A DNA stretch of 56,632 nt from Minisyncoccota bacterium (lineage in GTDB: Bacteria > Patescibacteriota > Minisyncoccia > Phycocordibacterales > GWA1-40-21), in the NCBI GenBank assembly GCA_041663745.1, contig JBAYMB010000001.1:1-56632 (forward strand), written 5' to 3'. Shown here in pieces: positions 8,094 to 16,692 of this stretch. The notes beneath the pieces were generated by a model. The model saw nothing but the letters and a program-made list of their open reading frames with translations. It had not been told where the DNA came from and ran no database searches. The position numbers and the translations under genes are program-made. The number at the start of each line of letters is the position of its first letter. The first letter of the stretch is position 1.

Positions 8094-8594
8094 ATGGTCA
8101 AAGAAACTTGCCAAAAAATTGACGAGAAGGCCTATAAAAATGCGGTTTTATACTTCATCAAATACTGCAATAATCAGTATCTGCATGCTACAAAGCTGAA
8201 TAAGCTGTTGTATTACCTTGATTTTATCTTTTTTAGAGATCATGGAAGACCTGTCACTGGTGACGTGTACATACACCAGGGTTACGGTCCTGTTCCATCA
8301 ACGATCGATGAGGTTCTTACAAAATTGAAGTCGGATAAGATAATTGATACAGAAGCGAAGCCGTATAATGGCGAGGAAATGATCAATTTTTTACTGAAAG
8401 ATGATTCTAAGTTTGACGAGTCGGTTTTCTCCTTGGAACAGAAAAAATTGTTGAAACAAATATGTGATGAGTTCTCTGGTTGGTCCACTGAAAAAATTGT
8501 CGCTCAAACACATCTTGAGGCGCCGTGGTTCTATTCAAAACCATATGAGATCGTAGACTATGCATATGCCCGCGATATAGATTTTTTTAAGTAA
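8094..8594 (+). CDS. Panacea-domain (DUF4065, SocA/PanA-like) putative antitoxin
   Basis: KLNKLLYYLDFIFFRDHGRPVTGDVYIHQGYGPVP matches the DUF4065 core as I remember it. Start taken at ATG-8094 rather than track GTG-8019. TGtTATCAT lies at 8073-8081. Confidence 0.65.
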   Translation: MVKETCQKIDEKAYKNAVLYFIKYCNNQYLHATKLNKLLYYLDFIFFRDHGRPVTGDVYIHQGYGPVPSTIDEVLTKLKSDKIIDTEAKPYNGEEMINFLLKDDSKFDESVFSLEQKKLLKQICDEFSGWSTEKIVAQTHLEAPWFYSKPYEIVDYAYARDIDFFK

Positions 8595-8606
8595 CGTTTC
8601 ATTTAT

Positions 8607-8987
8607 ATGGCATGGATCTACGTTGAAAGAGAAAGTTTTGTCCGCATGAGCGAAAATATTGGGATATCTAATCAAGTCCGCGAGGCTGTAAAGGTATGGG
8701 CTCCTACGGTCAGCAGATGCATACTTCCTCGTCAAAAGCTCATATATCGTTCTCCTAAAAATAGGTATGAAGCATGGTCCGCTGGAATCCCGAATCCTGA
8801 CAGCAATAAAGGTAAAAGTGGAGGGTACAGGATAGTCTATTTCCTTGATCTGACCGAAAGAACCATAAATCTCGATTTCATAGAAGTAAGAAAGGAATTG
8901 GGTTTCCATGATGAACATCGCAAAAAAGACCGATATAATGATTATACTAGAGGTTTGAAGGAATATTTGAAGAATCTGGATAATTAA
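8607..8987 (+). CDS. RelE-superfamily-like toxin (GKSGGYR type)
   Basis: The KGKSGGYRIVYFLD motif is characteristic of RelE/HigB-like (COG4737-type) toxins. Lies 12 nt downstream of the Panacea gene. Confidence 0.55.
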   Translation: MAWIYVERESFVRMSENIGISNQVREAVKVWAPTVSRCILPRQKLIYRSPKNRYEAWSAGIPNPDSNKGKSGGYRIVYFLDLTERTINLDFIEVRKELGFHDEHRKKDRYNDYTRGLKEYLKNLDN

Positions 8988-9059
8988 AGGTAATCCACAG
9001 CCTCATTTAACAAAATCTCCAAAGATGTATAATACAGGCATATCAATAACCACACTCAT

Positions 9060-9896
9060 ATGAAAAAGACATATCTCATATCATCAATTCTTCTTCTTTC
9101 GGTCCTCTTGTCAGGGTCTGCTCGCGCAGAGGATGAGAATATAATCACGCCGGCACCGACGACCACAAGCGCAAGCGTAGTCAGGATAGAGCAGATAAAG
9201 AAGACCTTGGACACGATACAGCAGAATGTCTTTTTGCAGAGGCAGAACATGGAAGCTCTCAGGGCTTCTGCGACTGCAGCCCTTGAATTGAAGAAAGAGC
9301 TGATACAAAATGCTCTTTTGCAGGAGAAGGAGATTTCAAAGACGTTGATTGCTTCGACAACAGAGGCGTTTAAAGAGCAAAAGGAAGCGTTGCAAGCGAA
9401 GCTGATGCAAGAAAAGCAGAACTTGGCCTCAAGCACGGCCGCACTGAAGGAGCTCAAGCAGGAATTCAAAGATGAGATCGAGAAGAGGGTCGGAAAGAAT
9501 CTTGACGAGAAAAGAACGGCGATAGCGAATGGTTTTGAGCAGGCCATAAAGCAGCTTGATGATCTTGCAAGCAAGGTGGAGACGAGGATAGGGAAGATGG
9601 AAAGCGCGGGGGCGGACGTTTCCTCGGCGAGAACTGCGCTGAATGCGGCAAGAGAGAAGATAGTTCTTGCCAATGAGGGCATAACGGCGCTTGAGAACAA
9701 GCTTGCCGAGACCATTTCCACAAGCACCAGAAAGACGATGGTTTCTGACATCAAGAAACTCGGCGAAGATATCAAATCGAACATGAAGGCGGCCCACAGG
9801 TCCATCACCGATGCCATAAACGCCATGCACTCAGTTGAAAAACAAAAGAACAATGAACAGGTCGAGTCATCTACTACAAGCACCATGGGGATGTAA
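9060..9896 (+). CDS. Secreted coiled-coil protein
   Basis: Signal peptide MKKTYLISSILLLSVLLSGSARA, followed by Ala/Glu/Lys/Gln-rich heptad-like sequence. The equally long antisense ORF has no such features. Confidence 0.65.
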   Translation: MKKTYLISSILLLSVLLSGSARAEDENIITPAPTTTSASVVRIEQIKKTLDTIQQNVFLQRQNMEALRASATAALELKKELIQNALLQEKEISKTLIASTTEAFKEQKEALQAKLMQEKQNLASSTAALKELKQEFKDEIEKRVGKNLDEKRTAIANGFEQAIKQLDDLASKVETRIGKMESAGADVSSARTALNAAREKIVLANEGITALENKLAETISTSTRKTMVSDIKKLGEDIKSNMKAAHRSITDAINAMHSVEKQKNNEQVESSTTSTMGM

Positions 9897-9908
9897 TAAA
9901 TAAAAAAT

Positions 9909-10175
9909 ATGAAAGAAAACAATCAAGATGGGGAAGTCGGGGTCGTCGCAGGGATAGTGATCGTTGTCATCGTCCTTGTGGTCGGAGCCGTCTACTTTTT
10001 CGGACAAAGGCTTGAAAAGCAGAAGCAGATAGAGTCTCTATTGAACGGCTCCACGGAGATTTCTACAACCTCCTCAAATACCATATCAACCTCATCGGAT
10101 GATATAGGCAGTTTGCAAAAGGAAGCAAGTTCCGTGAACTTTGATGATCTTGGAAAAGGCATAGATAGCCTGTAA
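9909..10175 (+). CDS. Small single-pass membrane protein
   Basis: 88 aa with TM helix VVAGIVIVVIVLVVGAVYFF. Lies 12 nt after the preceding gene. Confidence 0.5.
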   Translation: MKENNQDGEVGVVAGIVIVVIVLVVGAVYFFGQRLEKQKQIESLLNGSTEISTTSSNTISTSSDDIGSLQKEASSVNFDDLGKGIDSL

Positions 10176-10190
10176 CATTTGGCTTTGAGA

Positions 10191-10217
10191 CTGGACGGAC
10201 AATATCCGCCCAGTTTT
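10191..10217 (+). terminator. Rho-independent terminator
   Basis: CTGGACGGA (10191-10199) pairs with TCCGCCCAG (10205-10213) with one mismatch, then TTTT. Confidence 0.55.
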
Positions 10218-10253
10218 GCATTTTGTCCGATTTTCGGTTAGACTGCACCTACC

Positions 10254-11306
10254 ATGAAAATTTTCAAGATAAAAGAGACGAAAAACCTGCCTGATTGCCA
10301 GGTGGAGATAACAGCTGAGATCCCGAGCGAGTCTCTGGGGTCATACAAGGACAAGGCCTTTAAAAAGATAAAGGATGTGGCCGAGATGCCCGGTTTCAGG
10401 AAGGGCCATGTTCCGGATGCAGTGCTTCGGGAGAAGATCGGCGAGCTCGGTCTTCTTGAGGATGCCGGAGAGATGGCCATACAGGATTCTGTCATAGAGA
10501 TCCTCATTGAGGCAAAGATCAATTTCCTTGGCAGGCCGGAGATCAGTATAACGAAGATCGCCATAGGCTCTCCGCTTGAATTCAAGATAAAGGTCACGAC
10601 CATGCCGGAAGTGAAGCTTCCCGACTACAAGAAGGTTGCAAGCAAGGAGAACAAGAAGGAAGAGAAGATAGAGGAAGTCACGGAAAAACAGATCGAAGAG
10701 ACCATAGAGCAGATCAGAAAGATGTATGCGGAGCAGAACCATACCCATAAGGAAGGGGAGATTCATAAGCATGATGAGGTCCTTCCATTGCCTGAAGTGA
10801 ACGATGAGTTTGTGAAGAAGCTAGGCGATTTCAAGGACGTACCAGATTTCAGGATGAAATTGAAGGGAAATATCGCTAAAGAAAAGGAAATGAAGGCACA
10901 AGAGAAGAAGAGGATAGCCATAATCGAGAAGATCATCGCTGATTCGAAGATAGACATGCCGAAGGTTCTGATTGAAAGCGAACTTGATAAGATGGAAGGG
11001 CAGATGAAGGCGGATATCGCCGGAATGGGACTTCAGCCGGATGATTACTTGAAGCATATAAAGAAGACATGGGCGGATCTCAGGAAAGAGTGGATACCTG
11101 ATGCCGAGAAGAGGGCAAAGGTGCAGATAGTCTTGCAAAAGATATCCCTTGAAGAGAAGCTTGAACCGAAAAAGGAGGATGTGGAGAAGGAATCAAAGCA
11201 TCTCATGGAACAGTACAAAGATGCTGATCCGGAAAGGATTCGCGCTTATGTGGAAATGATCCTTTCGAATGAGGCGGTCATCAAGTTTCTGGAGGGGCAG
11301 AGATAG
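10254..11306 (+). CDS. tig: Trigger factor lacking the PPIase domain
   Basis: N-terminal ribosome-binding domain with GFRKGHVP motif and a C-terminal arm domain. At 350 aa, the N and C domains are joined by a short His-rich linker where the FKBP domain normally sits. Confidence 0.8.
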   Translation: MKIFKIKETKNLPDCQVEITAEIPSESLGSYKDKAFKKIKDVAEMPGFRKGHVPDAVLREKIGELGLLEDAGEMAIQDSVIEILIEAKINFLGRPEISITKIAIGSPLEFKIKVTTMPEVKLPDYKKVASKENKKEEKIEEVTEKQIEETIEQIRKMYAEQNHTHKEGEIHKHDEVLPLPEVNDEFVKKLGDFKDVPDFRMKLKGNIAKEKEMKAQEKKRIAIIEKIIADSKIDMPKVLIESELDKMEGQMKADIAGMGLQPDDYLKHIKKTWADLRKEWIPDAEKRAKVQIVLQKISLEEKLEPKKEDVEKESKHLMEQYKDADPERIRAYVEMILSNEAVIKFLEGQR

Positions 11307-11384
11307 GGACAAACTCTTGACAGATAATTCTAAAAGCTGTACAATCCAAAACAGTAATAAAGCTCTTTTAAATACTTGCGAAGC

Positions 11385-11433
11385 GGTCATAGCCAAAAGT
11401 TTCTGAAAAAATCGGAAGTTTTTGGCTATGACC
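11385..11433. other. Perfect 14-bp inverted repeat (stem-loop) at the left edge of a G+C-rich islet
   Basis: GGTCATAGCCAAAA (11385-11398) and TTTTGGCTATGACC (11420-11433) with a 21-nt loop and no T-run. Confidence 0.6.
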
Positions 11434-11523
11434 ATGAGTCCTAGCCCTTTGTTCCTATCAGGAACAAAGAAAAAGTTTCGGCTAACAGCCGAGAAGGATA
11501 GGTGCAGCAGGAAGTATCCGAAC

Positions 11524-12123
11524 ATGCAGTGGGGAAAGATGGAAGCAGTCATCAACAAGCTCGGCGGGGAAGACGGTGTAGACCGTTTCCTCCGTGACGA
11601 ACTCGTGGTCTCTGTCCCCGTCCGCAGCTGGCGCGAAGAAGACGGCGTAATCTACTTCACCGTCACTTCAAACGGGAAGTCGGGCAAGGAGTGGATCAAA
11701 CACTTCGAGTCCAGGAAGATCAAGATCAGCGACTATGCCAAACAGCTCTTGCTGTCGAAAGACTTCAAGCCAAGCAAAAAGGGCACGGTCTCGCAGATTG
11801 CGCTCATCAAGGGAGAATCCTTTTCCGATGATGACCGCATCACGTCAAAGATTCGGAGAGAGGCCGACCGTCACAAGATGGAAAAGTCGAATGCCGAAGT
11901 TGCTTGCCTCATCCGCGACTTGTTCACGGACGAGGAGATCAAGGCAATGGGTCTTTACTGGATCATAACGATGCACGAACCCATCAAGGATTCTGACGGC
12001 GCTCCTCGCTTGCTCAGTATGAATCGGGACGGTGGTGGGCCGTGGTTCGACACGTACTACGACAGGTCTGGTTTCGGGTGGGGTCGTGAGAGCGGTTTTG
12101 CCTTCGTTGCTCCGCAAGTATAG
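11524..12123 (+). CDS. Hypothetical protein in a G+C-rich islet
   Basis: In-frame ATG-11524 preceded by AGGAAG. Track start TTG-11422 lies inside the stem-loop. Composition is markedly G+C-rich: the 60-nt line at 11581 has 38 G+C. Confidence 0.55.
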   Translation: MQWGKMEAVINKLGGEDGVDRFLRDELVVSVPVRSWREEDGVIYFTVTSNGKSGKEWIKHFESRKIKISDYAKQLLLSKDFKPSKKGTVSQIALIKGESFSDDDRITSKIRREADRHKMEKSNAEVACLIRDLFTDEEIKAMGLYWIITMHEPIKDSDGAPRLLSMNRDGGGPWFDTYYDRSGFGWGRESGFAFVAPQV

Positions 12124-12130
12124 TTAGTTC

Positions 12131-12169
12131 TTAACCCCATTCCGATTTATCGGAATGGGGTTAATTTTT
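12131..12169 (+). terminator. Strong rho-independent terminator
   Basis: 16-bp stem TTAACCCCATTCCGAT (12131-12146) / ATCGGAATGGGGTTAA (12149-12164), then T5. Confidence 0.8.
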
Positions 12170-12195
12170 GCATAAAAAATGATATAATGGCAGAA

Positions 12196-13872
12196 ATGCA
12201 TTTAGACACCAAACAGCTCAAAGACTTCCTCATAGACTCAGGGGTCATCACGCGAAGTGGATTCTCTGAGATAGAGGGAGATATAAAGAAAGGCAGATAC
12301 AAAGACTCTGCCGAAAAGGTGTTGGTGAGCCTCGGGAAGATCACGGAAGACGATCTGCGCAAAGCGGAATCATACTCTTTTGGGATTCCTTTTGTCGAGC
12401 TTAAAGGACATAAAATAGATCTTTCGATACTCTCGATCATCCCAGAGCCTATTTCCCGAAAGCATAATGTCATAGCTTTCAGCAGAATGAACGATTCAGT
12501 TGAAGTGGCTTTTCTTGATGTGAAAGATATTTCCTCAATTGAATTTTTGAAGGATAAGGGAATAAAGATCCTGCCGAGACTTACCGACACGGAGTCTATG
12601 CGATATGCACTTTTGCAATATCAGAAGCATTTGAAGACGGAGTTCGGGGATTTCATACAGAAGAACTCCTTGGAAGAGGGGGAGATAATAAAAGTAGTGG
12701 AGATGCTTGTGAAGCATGCACTTCTGCAGAACTCATCGGATATACATATAGAGTGCATGGAGGACAAGGTGGTCGTGAGATACAGGATAGCCGGGGTCTT
12801 GCATGATGCCATGATATTGCCCAAAGCCGCTGCGGCGAACATTGTCTCGAAGATAAGGTCACTGTCCAATTTGAAGACTACTGATATGCCTCAGGAAGGC
12901 AAGCTCAAGACGAAGATAGATGGGGAGGAGCTTTCTCTCCGAGTTTCGATCACACCTACGTATTTCGGGGAGAAGACCGTCATGAAGTTCTTGAAGGACA
13001 ATGTCGGAGGATATTCATTCCAATCACTCGGTCTTTTCGGAGAGAATCTTGAGAAGGTCCATGAGGTCATATCGGAAAGGAACGGAATGGTCCTTGTTGC
13101 AGGACCCAAGGGGTCCGGAAAGACCTCCACTTTGTATGCAATGCTTGAATCCCTGAACAATCCGAGCATTAGCATAGGGACAATTGAAGATCCAATAGAA
13201 TATCAGATGCCGAGAGTGAACCAGATGCAGGTCAAGGAGAAGGCAGGTTTGACCTTTGCTCATGGCTTGCGCTCCCTCGTCAAGCAGGATTCGGATGTGA
13301 TCATGGTTGGAGATATAGCCGACAGCGAGACTGCATCTTTGAGCGTCAGCGCCGCTTTAACAGGTCACTTCGTCCTTTCCGCCATAAATGCAAATTCGGC
13401 GCTCGGCGCCATTCAGAAGCTTTCCCAGATGAAGGTTGAGCCGTTCGCAGCCGCTTCAGCGGTGAAGCTTGTCGTGAGCCAGCGCCTTGTCAGGAGACTT
13501 TCCGATTCAAAGCAAAAGTACATTCTGTCCAAGTCGGAACTAGGAACGCTCTCAAAGATAGTTGACATGGAAAGGGTCCTGAAGATCCTGAAGGAGGAGA
13601 ACATCGTGGGGCAAAAGGACGATTGGTCCAAGATCCACTTTTTCAAGCCGAAGTCAGATAATGCGCACGACGCATATTCCGGAAAAGTCGCTATACACGA
13701 GGTAGTGAGGATTACTCCTGCCATAAGGGAGCTTTTGGTAAAGGGGGCTGGGCATAAGGAGATAGAGGCTGAGTCGAAAATGGAGGGGAACAGGTCTGCT
13801 ATCGAGGATGGCATGGTCAAATGCGCCATGGGCCTCACGACAGTCGATGAGGTCTTGAAATCGGAGTTCTAG
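12196..13872 (+). CDS. pilB: Type II secretion/type IV pilus assembly ATPase (GspE/PilB family)
   Basis: Walker A GPKGSGKTST, GspE-type Asp/His boxes and an N-terminal GSPII-like domain. The first ATG (12187) overlaps the -10 of TGaTATAAT (12180-12188), so ATG-12196, 7 nt after the -10, is preferred. Confidence 0.85.
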   Translation: MHLDTKQLKDFLIDSGVITRSGFSEIEGDIKKGRYKDSAEKVLVSLGKITEDDLRKAESYSFGIPFVELKGHKIDLSILSIIPEPISRKHNVIAFSRMNDSVEVAFLDVKDISSIEFLKDKGIKILPRLTDTESMRYALLQYQKHLKTEFGDFIQKNSLEEGEIIKVVEMLVKHALLQNSSDIHIECMEDKVVVRYRIAGVLHDAMILPKAAAANIVSKIRSLSNLKTTDMPQEGKLKTKIDGEELSLRVSITPTYFGEKTVMKFLKDNVGGYSFQSLGLFGENLEKVHEVISERNGMVLVAGPKGSGKTSTLYAMLESLNNPSISIGTIEDPIEYQMPRVNQMQVKEKAGLTFAHGLRSLVKQDSDVIMVGDIADSETASLSVSAALTGHFVLSAINANSALGAIQKLSQMKVEPFAAASAVKLVVSQRLVRRLSDSKQKYILSKSELGTLSKIVDMERVLKILKEENIVGQKDDWSKIHFFKPKSDNAHDAYSGKVAIHEVVRITPAIRELLVKGAGHKEIEAESKMEGNRSAIEDGMVKCAMGLTTVDEVLKSEF

Positions 13873-13911
13873 CTTTTAAAAAGTTTTATTAGGTGCTATC
13901 ATTCCCTTCAT

Positions 13912-15081
13912 ATGGAAAAGGACACCAACAAACTGACGATAAATATCACCCCCGGATCATTTTTGAAGGGTATTCTCATAATCCTGCTCTTTTGGTTCCT
14001 GTTTTACATAAAAGATGTCGTGCTTGTCGTCCTTACAGCGGTCATCATAGCTTCCGGACTTGAGCCTTTCATAAACTGGTTCAAGAGATTCAGGATAAAA
14101 AGGCTTCCGGCTGCTATCATCTCTTACGTTCTGATTTTCTCTGTGTTCACAGGGCTCATGTTCACTTTCATCCCGGCAGTCCTTGATGAAGCGTCAACTT
14201 TCCTTTCAACCTTGCCGAAATATCTCGATTCCGCCACTTTGTGGAATCCTCTCAATGTCACAAGCAAGGACATAGTCGTCCCCCAGACTGTCATCAACAG
14301 CCTTTCCGAGGGAGTGAACAATCCGGAACAACTGGTGAAGGATGTCTCAGCGAGCCAATTGAAAGTTACGACAGCACCGACGAATTTCGGGATAAGCGAT
14401 CTCGTCAAAGGCGTTCAGGAGATAACTTCCAATGTCACGGACGGTTTCGTGAAGGTTCTGAGTGTCGTATTCGGAGGTCTCCTATCATTCATATTGATCG
14501 TCGTCCTTTCTTTCTATCTCATCGTCCAAGAAAACGGGGTCACCAAATTCCTAGGCCTCATCACTCCCATAAAGCATGAAAAATATGTCATTGACTTGTG
14601 GAAAAGGTCCCAGGTGAAGATAGGCCAGTGGATGCAGGGACAATTGCTGCTTGGCGTCCTTGTTGGCGTCCTTATATACCTAGGTCTTGTCATTCTCGGC
14701 GTAAGAAATGCCCTGCTTTTTGCCGTAGTTGCCGCTGCTCTTGAGATCATCCCGGTCTTTGGTCCCGTCATCTCGGCAATTCCTCCGATCCTCCTTGCCT
14801 TCATAGACGGAGGCACGACATCCGCCCTTTTGGTGACTGGCCTTTTCGTCATAGTCCAGCAATTTGAGAGCCATTTGATATATCCTCTCGTCGTCAAGAA
14901 GATCGTGGGCGTTTCCCCTATAATCGTCATCCTTGCCCTCATCATAGGGGCAAAACTGGCAGGATTTCTGGGCATAGTCCTTTCCGTGCCGATAGTCTCC
15001 GCCATGATGGAATTCTTTGATGACATAGAGAGGAAGAAGACCTTGTTCTGGAAGAAGGCCGAAGAGCTAGAGAAAATCTAA
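13912..15081 (+). CDS. AI-2E family transporter (PerM/UPF0118)
   Basis: Multi-TM protein with the ...AALEIIPVFGPVISAIPPILLAF... signature region. Confidence 0.75.
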   Translation: MEKDTNKLTINITPGSFLKGILIILLFWFLFYIKDVVLVVLTAVIIASGLEPFINWFKRFRIKRLPAAIISYVLIFSVFTGLMFTFIPAVLDEASTFLSTLPKYLDSATLWNPLNVTSKDIVVPQTVINSLSEGVNNPEQLVKDVSASQLKVTTAPTNFGISDLVKGVQEITSNVTDGFVKVLSVVFGGLLSFILIVVLSFYLIVQENGVTKFLGLITPIKHEKYVIDLWKRSQVKIGQWMQGQLLLGVLVGVLIYLGLVILGVRNALLFAVVAAALEIIPVFGPVISAIPPILLAFIDGGTTSALLVTGLFVIVQQFESHLIYPLVVKKIVGVSPIIVILALIIGAKLAGFLGIVLSVPIVSAMMEFFDDIERKKTLFWKKAEELEKI

Positions 15082-16535
15082 TGTCCAATCCAAACTCCAA
15101 AAAGTTCTACATAACAACGACCTTGCCGTATGTGAATTCCGATCCTCACATTGGCTTTGCCATGGAGCTCATCAGGGCGGATATGATAGCCAGATACAAA
15201 AAACTTCAAGGTTTTGATGTTTTTTTCAATACGGGCACGGATGAGCACGGGGCGAAGATCTTCAAGAAAGCGGAAGAAAGGAAGATAACCCCTCAGGAAT
15301 ATGTGGATGAATATGCGGAAAAGTTCAAAGCACTCATTCCACTTCTTGGGATCTCAAAAGACATTGTCTTCACGAGAACTACCGACAAACATCATATTGA
15401 GGCGGCAAAGGAGTTTTGGAAGCTCTGCGACAAGAATGGGTTCATATACAAGAAGAACTATATGATCAACTATTGTGTTGGTTGTGAATTGGAAAAATCA
15501 AATTCCGAGCTTGTGAACGGTAAATGTCCGGATCATCCGAATCTTGATATAGAATGCAGGGAAGAGGAGAATTACTTCTTCAAGTTCTCCGTTTTTCAGT
15601 TCAAGCTCTCGGAGCTATACAAGAACAATCCTGAATTCGTCATACCGAACCACAGATTGAATGAGATAAAGGCTTTTGTTGATAGAGGCTTGCAAGATTT
15701 CAGCATCTCAAGATTGAAGTCAAAGATGCCCTGGGGCATAGAAGTGCCGGGAGATCCGACTCAGGTCATGTACGTCTGGTTCGATGCTCTTGTAAACTAT
15801 ATTTCCGCCATTGGTTGGCCGGACGACATGAAGAAATTCAACACTTGGCACAACAAGGACAATGGGATGGTCCAATACTGCGGAAAGGACAATCTTCGCC
15901 AGCAGGCTTCAATGTGGCAGGCAATGCTTTTGGCTGCAGACCTTCCTGTCTCAAAGACCATCGTCATAGACGGTTTTGTCACAGGAGCCGGAGGGGTGAA
16001 GATGAGCAAATCACTCGGGAATACCATAGACCCGGCGGATATAGTCTCTGAATACGGCACTGATGCTCTCCGATATTACGTTGCCCGAGAAATCTCTCCT
16101 TTTGAGGATACTCCTTTCACCAAAGAGATGTTCAAGGATGCATATAATGCCAATCTTGCGAATGGGATTGGGAATTTGGTGAGCAGAGTGATGACAATGG
16201 CGCAGAATAATCTTGAGAAGCCCGTTTCTCTCGGAAAGATTGAACTTGATGAAGATATAAAAAGGGAAATAGAGAAATATGATCTTCAGAAAGCAGTAAA
16301 TATCATTTGGAAGAAGATAGGCGAACTTGACCTTCGGATACAGACATCCGAGCCTTTCAAGCTTGTGAAGACGGACAAGGAGAAAGCAAAGGAGATAATA
16401 AAAGAGCTTGTACAGGGCGTATATGAGGTTGCGGTATGTCTTGAAGTGATACTCCCAGAGACCTCAGAAAGAATCAAAAAATTGGTCAAAGAGAACAAAA
16501 AACCGGAAGTCCCTTTGTTTGTAAGAAAAGATTAA
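15081..16535 (+). CDS. metG: Methionyl-tRNA synthetase
   Basis: YVNSDPHIGF (HIGH-type) and KMSKSLGN motifs, plus a CxxC...C zinc knuckle. The start overlaps the upstream stop (TAATG). Confidence 0.9.
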   Translation: MSNPNSKKFYITTTLPYVNSDPHIGFAMELIRADMIARYKKLQGFDVFFNTGTDEHGAKIFKKAEERKITPQEYVDEYAEKFKALIPLLGISKDIVFTRTTDKHHIEAAKEFWKLCDKNGFIYKKNYMINYCVGCELEKSNSELVNGKCPDHPNLDIECREEENYFFKFSVFQFKLSELYKNNPEFVIPNHRLNEIKAFVDRGLQDFSISRLKSKMPWGIEVPGDPTQVMYVWFDALVNYISAIGWPDDMKKFNTWHNKDNGMVQYCGKDNLRQQASMWQAMLLAADLPVSKTIVIDGFVTGAGGVKMSKSLGNTIDPADIVSEYGTDALRYYVAREISPFEDTPFTKEMFKDAYNANLANGIGNLVSRVMTMAQNNLEKPVSLGKIELDEDIKREIEKYDLQKAVNIIWKKIGELDLRIQTSEPFKLVKTDKEKAKEIIKELVQGVYEVAVCLEVILPETSERIKKLVKENKKPEVPLFVRKD

Positions 16536-16580
16536 TAATTTATATGAATAAATTATTTCAAAAGATCGGAAAAAAGAAAA

Positions 16581-16620
16581 ACACCGCGTAGGGACGGAAC
16601 CGCTACGAGGTGTATTTTCA
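16581..16620. terminator. Terminator hairpin (inverted copy of the 7972 element)
   Basis: ACACCGCGTAG (16581-16591) pairs with CTACGAGGTGT (16603-16613), then ATTTT. The loop GGACGGAACCG contains the reverse complement (GACGGAAC) of the GTTCCGTC core in the 7972 hairpin. Confidence 0.6.
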
Positions 16621-16692
16621 TGTGAATGTGGACATTGTATACCCCATATTATCATCTGTCAAGCAAAAAATACGTTGTAAAATAAGGCTACA

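Noticed and set aside
9056-9922. A 288-aa minus-strand ORF exactly covering the coiled-coil gene
   Set aside because: It is a mirror ORF of a low-complexity Ala/Glu/Lys-rich gene. The + strand product has a clean signal peptide and heptad character. The minus product is Ser/Phe/Cys-rich with no start context. I treat it as a shadow ORF.
11422-11523. Track start TTG-11422 for the 233-aa ORF
   Set aside because: That start codon lies inside the right arm of the perfect 14-bp stem-loop and has no SD. The in-frame ATG-11524 with an upstream AGGAAG is more plausible. The upstream extension (MAMTMSPSPLFLSGTKKKFRLTAEKDRCSRKYPN) looks non-native.
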